34,265 nucleotides of DNA from positions 1-34,265 of the IMG/VR virus record IMGVR_UViG_3300036376_000020. One strand, 5' to 3'. The stretch is from a virus. Taxonomy: Duplodnaviria; Caudoviricetes. Below the pieces are notes generated by a model. The model was not told where the DNA came from. It did not search any database and saw nothing but the letters and a program-made list of their open reading frames with translations. Positions 28,033 through 34,265 of the stretch are shown in pieces. The position numbers were made by a program, and so were the translations under genes. Positions within the stretch are counted from its first letter, which is position 1, and the number at the start of each line of letters is the position of its first letter.

Positions 28033-29157
28033 ATGGGCGGACAATCGTCCTCGACACAGACCCAGCAGTCGCAAACCGCGCCGTGGGCTGCCGCGCAGCC
28101 GCTGCTGCAGGGTATCCTTGCGCAACTCAACACGGGCCTGAACAACACCGGCCTGACGGCCGCGGAGACCGGCGCGATCGATACCTTGGAAAGTAATGCG
28201 GCGAAGGGCAACCCTTACGCCGGTCAGATTGGCGACTATGCGCGGTCGCTGTTGAGCGGTGGGGGCGCCGAAGCACAGGCCGGCAATCTGCGAGATAATC
28301 TGGACGCATTCAGGAGCCAGCTCGCACCCTATGCCAATGGGAGCATGGTCGGCAGCAATCCGGCGCTCGCGGCGCAGCTCGCGCAGATCCGGGACGATGT
28401 CGCCAATTCCGTGAACGGCCAGTTTGCCGCCGCCGGCCGCGATCTCAGCGGCGCCAATCTGATGGCCTACGGGCGCGGCGTCGCCGCAGGGCAAGCGCCG
28501 GTGATCGCCGCGCAATACAATCAGGATGTCGCCAACCAGCTCGCTGCCGCCAACGCGGTCTACAATGCCGGCAACACGACGGCCGGCGCGTTGTCCGGGT
28601 TGCGGCAGAACTATCTAGCCAATCAGGGACAGGGTGTAAGCGCGGCGCAATCGGCACTCGATGCGCAGAACTACGGCGCCAACGCCACACTGGCCGCCGA
28701 AGCGCAGCGTCGCGGCATTCCCGTCCAGGCGCTTGGACTGCTGGCCCAGATCGGTGTTCCAATCGCCGGACTTGGCAATCAAACCAGCGGAACCAGCACC
28801 AAGACCGAGCAGATGTCCGGCGCACAGCAGTTTGCCACCATTGCCGGCGGCATCAACAACCTGCTTGGAACGTCGACGTTCGGACAAGGCGGTGCAAAGG
28901 GGGGAAGCGGCCTGATGGGACTGATGAATTGGTCTGACCGTCAACTAAAGGAAGATATTGCGCCGGTCGGAACGCTGTTCGACGGTACGCCGGTCTACGG
29001 TTATCGCTACAAGGGCGCGCCGGCCTATCACATCGGGCTGATGGCCCAGGACGTAGAGAAGACTGCGCCTCACGCGGTGATTGAGATCAATGGCTACAAG
29101 GCGGTGGATTATCGCGCCGCTACCGAAGCCTCTCGAAGAATGCACGAGCTTGGCTGA
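28033..29157 (+). CDS. Ejection/pilot (DNA transfer) protein with C-terminal peptidase S74 intramolecular chaperone domain
   Basis: MGGQSSSTQTQQS start, Ala/Gln/Gly/Asn-rich helical body, WSDRQLKEDI...YGYRYK...GLMAQDVE...VDY. Confidence 0.8.
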   Translation: MGGQSSSTQTQQSQTAPWAAAQPLLQGILAQLNTGLNNTGLTAAETGAIDTLESNAAKGNPYAGQIGDYARSLLSGGGAEAQAGNLRDNLDAFRSQLAPYANGSMVGSNPALAAQLAQIRDDVANSVNGQFAAAGRDLSGANLMAYGRGVAAGQAPVIAAQYNQDVANQLAAANAVYNAGNTTAGALSGLRQNYLANQGQGVSAAQSALDAQNYGANATLAAEAQRRGIPVQALGLLAQIGVPIAGLGNQTSGTSTKTEQMSGAQQFATIAGGINNLLGTSTFGQGGAKGGSGLMGLMNWSDRQLKEDIAPVGTLFDGTPVYGYRYKGAPAYHIGLMAQDVEKTAPHAVIEINGYKAVDYRAATEASRRMHELG

Positions 29158-29266
29158 TCCACGCCTTTCAGGGGCGTTTCCGGCTATCCGGGCGACATTG
29201 TCGCGTCGTGAGAAATGTCCAGGTCGGCGGCCATCGTCACCAACCCGATAATTCAGAGAGCAAATC

Positions 29267-30478
29267 ATGACAATCAACCCCGATTCTGCGCTGACCGGCG
29301 CCGCCTACGATCTCGCAAATGCCGGCTATCTGCCGATGCCGGATCCTCAAGCCGAGGAAGATCGCGAGACGATCGACAGTGGGGCCGCTTCATTGCGCGA
29401 GGCGGCTGCGCAACGCGCTGAACCGCCTGACGAGACGGTCGTTCGCGGATATACCGGCCCGGACGGTGAACCGGCACCGGCGAATGAAGCAGTTACGCTG
29501 GCGAGGGCCAGCCGCGACTATGCCGATGCGACGGCGCTGGAGAAGCTTGCCGCCGAAGCGGAATCCTCGAAATCGCTGGCAGCGCGGGTAGACGCGATGC
29601 GCGCGGAGGCCCTTGCCAATGATCCGGCCGTCGCCGAGCTTTACGGCTTCGAGCCTCCGCACGATCGAGCCGATGAGAACGCGCCTGGCGAGGAAGAATC
29701 AGGAGAGGGGACAAACAAGGGGCCTGACGCGGGAGCCGACCCGGCGTCTTCCCTCGATCCTGAGCTTCAAAAGGCGCTGCAGCACCCGCAAGTGCGGCAC
29801 GCAATCGAAGAGCAATTCGGGGAGGTCGAAAAGGTCCGACAAACCTATATGGAAGGACTAGCTGCGGCGACGCAGATTGCGCAGGTGAGCTTTCTCAGCC
29901 AGTTCCCTGAACTCGCAAGCGTTGCTCGGCAGGATCTGCCGGGTGCTCTCGAGCGGCTTTCGGTGGACGATCCCGCGAAGTTCGAGCGCGTCAAGACGAT
30001 GATAGAAGCGACCGAGCATCTGTTTGCCCAGCAGCGCGTGGAGAACATCCGGCAAGCTCAGGTAAGCCGGCAGAATTTCGAGAATTACGCGCGGTCCGAA
30101 GACGCCCGGTTTGAAACCATGATGAAGGGAGAGTCCAGGGAAACGCAGGCGGCCGTTGGCGCCGAGATCCTGGCGTCTGCCAAGGCAAGCGGCGTCGAAC
30201 CTGCCGAGCTGGGCCGGCTGCTTCATAGCGAGCCGCTGATGAGAAACGCGGTCTTTCAGCGAATGATGTATGACGCCGGAAAATATCGGTTGATGATGAA
30301 AGCCAGGGATGTTGCTGCGGCAAAGCAGTTGCCGCCGGTGGTTCGGCCTGGCGTTGCCCGCTCGCAGGCGGAACGGCAGCACGCGGACCTGCGAACGCTC
30401 AGCGCCAAACTTTCGAGCTCGGGCGATATCAAGGATGCGGTGGCGCTCTATCACGCGCGGAAATCGGGTCGGCGTTAG
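29267..30478 (+). CDS. Putative capsid scaffolding-like protein (displaced)
   Basis: Acidic disordered N-half, helical middle, C-terminal LPPVVRPG...LSSSGDIKDAVAL resembling podovirus scaffold ends. Confidence 0.6.
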   Translation: MTINPDSALTGAAYDLANAGYLPMPDPQAEEDRETIDSGAASLREAAAQRAEPPDETVVRGYTGPDGEPAPANEAVTLARASRDYADATALEKLAAEAESSKSLAARVDAMRAEALANDPAVAELYGFEPPHDRADENAPGEEESGEGTNKGPDAGADPASSLDPELQKALQHPQVRHAIEEQFGEVEKVRQTYMEGLAAATQIAQVSFLSQFPELASVARQDLPGALERLSVDDPAKFERVKTMIEATEHLFAQQRVENIRQAQVSRQNFENYARSEDARFETMMKGESRETQAAVGAEILASAKASGVEPAELGRLLHSEPLMRNAVFQRMMYDAGKYRLMMKARDVAAAKQLPPVVRPGVARSQAERQHADLRTLSAKLSSSGDIKDAVALYHARKSGRR

Positions 30479-30593
30479 GCAAGCGCATCTGCACAGATTC
30501 TCCCAAAAGTATACGAGACAATTGGGAGAAACAGACGAGAGATATTCTGACTAGCCGGATAATATCGGAGTACCAAAACTGAAGAAAAGCCGG

Positions 30594-31006
30594 ATGAGAA
30601 AGATATTTCGTGCAAGGAATTTCGTTCTTTCTTGTTGCTATCGCTGATTCTCTGGTGCGTCGAATTTGCCTTTCGCACGAACAACTTCTGCCCGGTTGAA
30701 GATCACTCGATTCAGTCTGAACCGGATGCCATCGATGTCGCCAAGAAGAAGGTCGTCAAAGACAGGTTCTTCAGCTCTGATTCTTTTGGCAGCGCGCACG
30801 AGTTTGTAGAGTCACTTGTTGAAATCGAGAATTGCTGTAGCGCCACGCGAGCCCGAAACGGCTTTGGCGTTATCGTGTGGAGCGTCTATCTCACCGCAAA
30901 GGCGACAGACAAATACAATCGCCGTACGATATTTGTCGAGATGTCGAACTGCGGTCAGATTTCTCACGATTCGTCATACAAGGATGTAGCGGATCGAAAG
31001 GAATGA
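30594..31006 (+). pseudogene. Membrane-anchored/exported Cys-containing protein with apparent N-terminal frameshift (candidate immunity)
   Basis: ATG 30594 MRKIFRARNFVL joins LLLSLILWCVEF if one T is restored near 30628; ORF 30632..31006 otherwise open. Confidence 0.5.
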
Positions 31007-31007
31007 G

Positions 31008-31681
31008 ATGGCACAAATGAGGTCAGGTTGAGAAATGGGCAGCACTGGTCGGCCCGGGACTTTGTTGATCATTACAAGAAGCCGACAGGCGTCGGGCACG
31101 CCGACACCGGTCGCCGGACCGCCTGAGCCAGTCGATGTGGATATGTCGTGGTACATGGGAGAAGGACCAGGGAAATATTATCATCCCGGTATGTTTCCCA
31201 TTATGCACCAGATCATCGACAACCGGTCCATGGCGCCCGGTGTTTACGAGCTGGAAAAGCTCGCGTCCGATGCGAATAGCCTAAAAAGCAAAATGTCTCA
31301 CTATGGTCTCGACGTGCTGTCCGCTGACTACTCGCTGCGCGCGCTCGTATTTGGGCCCCGCAGTTGAGTGCCGCTCGCACCTCCAGGACTATTGCCGAGC
31401 TTTACCGCTGCTCCGCCTGCCGCGGTCAAAGAACATCTTATGTATCTGGATCAAACGGCGGCCGGCCAGGCGCAGGCCCCTGGAGCAACCTAGTGCCGCC
31501 GCTCGGTGGCCCCGCACATTCACACCCGCCGCCAAGCGACTTAGCTGGCTGGATAGCTTCGATGGCTGGTGTCGATCCCGCCAATCCGACGCTGCCTCAA
31601 CAAGGGGCGCTTGGGGCATCGAGCGGCAACCCCACACCGCAAAGACTATTGCCGCCGTGGGTCTTTTTAGGTCCGAAATAG
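31008..31681 (+). pseudogene. Decayed cargo/effector-type gene
   Basis: In-frame TGA at 31029; globular fragment ends at DYSLRALVFG; tail relic WIASMAGVDPANP...GNPTPQRLLPPWVF in another frame. Confidence 0.5.
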
Positions 31682-31832
31682 GCGCCTCCGCCGCATCCTC
31701 CGCGGTTGAGTGCTTCTCAAAATAATTTGCAGAACAGCAGTTGTCCGGTAAGCCTCCGGTAGAGGCCGCCTTCCCGGATCGGGTTCGAGCGTGAGATGGT
31801 TTGCTCATTAATTTGCAAACAAATGAGCAAAC

Positions 31833-32234
31833 GTGACAACAGTTACGGTTCTTTCCGGTCCAGAGCGGCGACGGCGGTGGACGAGTGCCGAGAAGCTTCG
31901 GATCGTGGAGGAGAGTCTGGCGCCTGGGGCCAGTGTTGTCGAGGTTGCTCGACGACATGATGTTCACCGTAATCTGATCACGGCCTGGCGACGGCAGGCA
32001 CGCACAGGCGCCTTTGCTTTCGAGCCTGGGCCGATGCCGCGGCAAGCTGACGAGGTCGGTTTTGCGGCGGTCTCCATTGCGCCGGACCGGCAACCGTCGA
32101 CGGCGCCCTCCGGGACCTGCGGTGCGATCGAGATTGAGTTCGCGGCCGGGGCGCGGATGCGGATCACGGGCGCGGTTGACGCGGCGACGCTGAGCGCAGT
32201 CGTGGTGGCGCTGACGGATGGACGGCCGCGATGA
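31833..32234 (+). CDS. tnpA: IS66 accessory protein TnpA
   Basis: RRRRWTSAEKLRIVEES...VARRHDV HTH. Confidence 0.9.
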   Translation: MTTVTVLSGPERRRRWTSAEKLRIVEESLAPGASVVEVARRHDVHRNLITAWRRQARTGAFAFEPGPMPRQADEVGFAAVSIAPDRQPSTAPSGTCGAIEIEFAAGARMRITGAVDAATLSAVVVALTDGRPR

Positions 32235-32578
32235 TCCCGTTGCCTGCCGGCGTGCGGGTATGGCTCGCGACCGGCCATACCGACATGCGCAAGGGCTTTC
32301 CGTCGCTTGCGATGCAGGTTCAGGAGATCCTGCATCGCGACCCGCTTGGCGGCCACCTGTTTTGCTTCCGCGGTCGCCGGGGCAACCTTTTGAAGGTCAT
32401 CTGGCATGACGGCCAGGGCGCCTGTCTGTTCACGAAGCGCCTGGAACGAGGGCGCTTCATCTGGCCGAGCCCGGCGGAGGGCGTTGTGACGATCTCGTCG
32501 GCGCAGCTCGGTTATCTCTTGGCCGGGATCGACTGGCGGCACCCACAAGAGACGTGGCGGCCGACTTCGGTAGGATGA
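32231..32578 (+). CDS. tnpB: IS66 accessory protein TnpB
   Basis: TDMRKGF, LFCFRGRRG, KRLERGRFIWP. Confidence 0.95.
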   Translation: MIPLPAGVRVWLATGHTDMRKGFPSLAMQVQEILHRDPLGGHLFCFRGRRGNLLKVIWHDGQGACLFTKRLERGRFIWPSPAEGVVTISSAQLGYLLAGIDWRHPQETWRPTSVG

Positions 32579-32624
32579 GGCTTTGGGCTTCTCGGATCGT
32601 GATGGATGTGATTCCATCATCGTC

Positions 32625-34265
32625 GTGACCACATCTGAATCGCTTCCCACCGATCTTGCCGCCGCGCATGCGATGATCCTCGCGGAACGCGCTGCGCGCC
32701 TGGAAGCGGAAGCAGTCGCGGCGAGCGCCAAAGCGGAAGCGGCCAATGCGAAGGCGGCCGAGGTACTGATCAGTTACCTCAAGCTCGAAATCGAGAAGCT
32801 GCGTCGCCAGATTTACGGCAGCCGCTCGGAGCGCAAGGCACGGCTGTTGGAGCAGATGGAGCTTGAGCTCGAAGAGCTGGAAGCAACCGCAACCGAAGAC
32901 GAGTTGGCGGCCGAGAGGGCGGCCGCCAAGGCGCAGACGGTACAATCCTTCCAGCGCAAGCGTCCGTCGCGCAAGCCGTTCCCCAACCATTTGCCGCGCG
33001 AGCGGGTCGTAGTCGCCGCACCGCAGAGCTGCCCTTGCTGCGGCTCGAACAAGCTGTCAAAGCTGGGCGAGGACATCACCGAGACGCTGGAAGTGGTTCC
33101 GCGTCAGTGGAAGGTGATCCAGACGGTTCGCGAGAAGTTCTCGTGCCGGGGCTGCGAGACGATCACCCAGCCGCCGGCGCCTTTCCACGTGACGCCGCGT
33201 GGCTTCGCCGGGCCCAACCTCCTGGCCATGATCCTGTTCGAGAAGTTCGGCCAGCATCAGCCCTTGAACCGGCAGAGCGAGCGCTACGCCCGGGAGGGCA
33301 TCGATCTGAGCCTGTCGACACTGGCCGACCAAATCGGCGCCTGCGCGGCGGCCTTGCAGCCGCTCCACGGGCTGATTGAGTGCCACGTCCTGGCCGCCGA
33401 GCGGCTTCACGGCGATGACACGACGGTGCCGATCCTGGCCAAGGGTCAGACGGTCAAGGGGCATATCTGGACCTATGTCCGCGACGACCGGCCGTTCGGC
33501 GGTCGGGCGCCGGCGGCGGCGCTCTATTACGCCTCGCGCGATCGACGGCAGGAGCATCCCACGCGGCATCTCCAAAGCTTCACCGGCATCCTGCAGGCCG
33601 ACGCCTATGGCGGCTATAACGAGCTGTATGACACTTCGCGCGCGCAGGGGCCGGTCACGCCCGCACACTGCTGGGCCCATGCCAGACGGCAGTTCTTCGA
33701 GCTGGCGGACATCGCCGCCAGTGCGAGGGCCGGCAAGAATGCCGCAGCGATCTCGCCGATCGCCCTGGAAGCGGTCAAACGCATCGATGCGCTGTTCGAT
33801 ATTGAGCGCGGCATCAACGGCCAAAGTGCCGAAGAGCGTCTGCGGGTGCGTCAAGAACAAGGCGTCCGGCTCTTGACCGCGCTACAAGCATGGCTGCGCG
33901 AGCAGCGCGCCCGGCTGTCGAACTCGTCCTCGGTCGCCAAGCCAATCGATTACATGCTGCGCCGCTGGGACCGGTTCGCTCACTTCATCGATGACGGGCG
34001 GATCTGCCTGACAAACAATGCGGCGGAGCGCGCGCTGCGTGGCTTTGCCCTCGGCCGCAAGTCATGGCTCTTCGCCGGCTCCGAACGCGGCGCTGACCGC
34101 GCCGCCGTCATGGCGACGCTGATCATGACGGCAAAGCTCAACGACGTCGATCCGCAAGCCTGGCTCGCGGACGTCTTGGCCCGCATCGCCGGCACCCCGC
34201 AAGGTCGGCTCAATGAGCTGCTGCCTTGGGAATGGAAGAGAACCCCTGTTCAGTCTGCGGCGTGA
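32625..34265 (+). CDS. tnpC: IS66 DDE transposase TnpC
   Basis: Leucine zipper, CPCCG zinc finger, LHGDDT, LQADAYGGY, CWAHARR, TNNAAERALR; start approximate. Confidence 0.95.
   Translation: MTTSESLPTDLAAAHAMILAERAARLEAEAVAASAKAEAANAKAAEVLISYLKLEIEKLRRQIYGSRSERKARLLEQMELELEELEATATEDELAAERAAAKAQTVQSFQRKRPSRKPFPNHLPRERVVVAAPQSCPCCGSNKLSKLGEDITETLEVVPRQWKVIQTVREKFSCRGCETITQPPAPFHVTPRGFAGPNLLAMILFEKFGQHQPLNRQSERYAREGIDLSLSTLADQIGACAAALQPLHGLIECHVLAAERLHGDDTTVPILAKGQTVKGHIWTYVRDDRPFGGRAPAAALYYASRDRRQEHPTRHLQSFTGILQADAYGGYNELYDTSRAQGPVTPAHCWAHARRQFFELADIAASARAGKNAAAISPIALEAVKRIDALFDIERGINGQSAEERLRVRQEQGVRLLTALQAWLREQRARLSNSSSVAKPIDYMLRRWDRFAHFIDDGRICLTNNAAERALRGFALGRKSWLFAGSERGADRAAVMATLIMTAKLNDVDPQAWLADVLARIAGTPQGRLNELLPWEWKRTPVQSAA

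Larger units (their letters stand above)
31748..34265 (+). mobile_element. IS66 family insertion sequence (right end outside the window)
   Basis: Begins GTAAGC (IS66-type terminal repeat); tnpA-tnpB-tnpC order. Confidence 0.9.

Noticed and set aside
30498-30530. Inverted repeat TTCTCCCAA-N15-TTGGGAGAA after the scaffold-like gene
   Set aside because: Single short occurrence with no T tract; function cannot be supported
30570-30584. GTAC-N7-GAAG as a third LexA box
   Set aside because: Two mismatches to consensus and no adjacent -35 element
1-34265. CRISPR arrays, tRNA/rRNA genes, integrase, holin-endolysin cassette, MuF domain, DGR
   Set aside because: None recognisable in this window by inspection

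Overview
GC-rich alphaproteobacterial DNA. Bradyrhizobium-like origin is an inference from the GTTC-N7-GTTC SOS boxes, a GGGCAAATCA repeat motif and the IS66. The window carries an apparently intact short-tailed (P22-like/podovirus-type) virion morphogenesis module on the + strand: terminase small and large subunits, portal, major capsid, decoration and adaptor proteins, short fibre with chaperone, tail hub, GNAT-like protein, an ejection/pilot protein with an S74 chaperone domain, and a displaced scaffold-like gene. The window ends in an IS66 element. Six accessory insertions interrupt the module, and one of them splits the portal gene into two ORFs. Each insertion holds gene pairs: an exported, membrane or TPR protein next to a signal-peptide-less protein. 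The latter has a variable domain (M23 peptidase x3, Gly-rich beta domain, Pro-rich peptide, 4-Cys domain) plus a disordered Pro/Ser/Ala-rich region built from a shared set of short motifs (GGLxGxIQDYLR, VRRLxR, GVPSRNNVFEYG, FDxGAxxVPF, GxPxPxxxPPxxF, FDDR). Many cassettes are decayed while the structural genes are not. Working hypothesis (inference): a phage-derived, possibly SOS-linked particle that loads polymorphic effector proteins, with cognate immunity genes, through a shared tail signal in place of classical large ejection proteins. No integrase, replication or clear lysis genes lie inside the window, so prophage versus domesticated/GTA-like element cannot be decided here.
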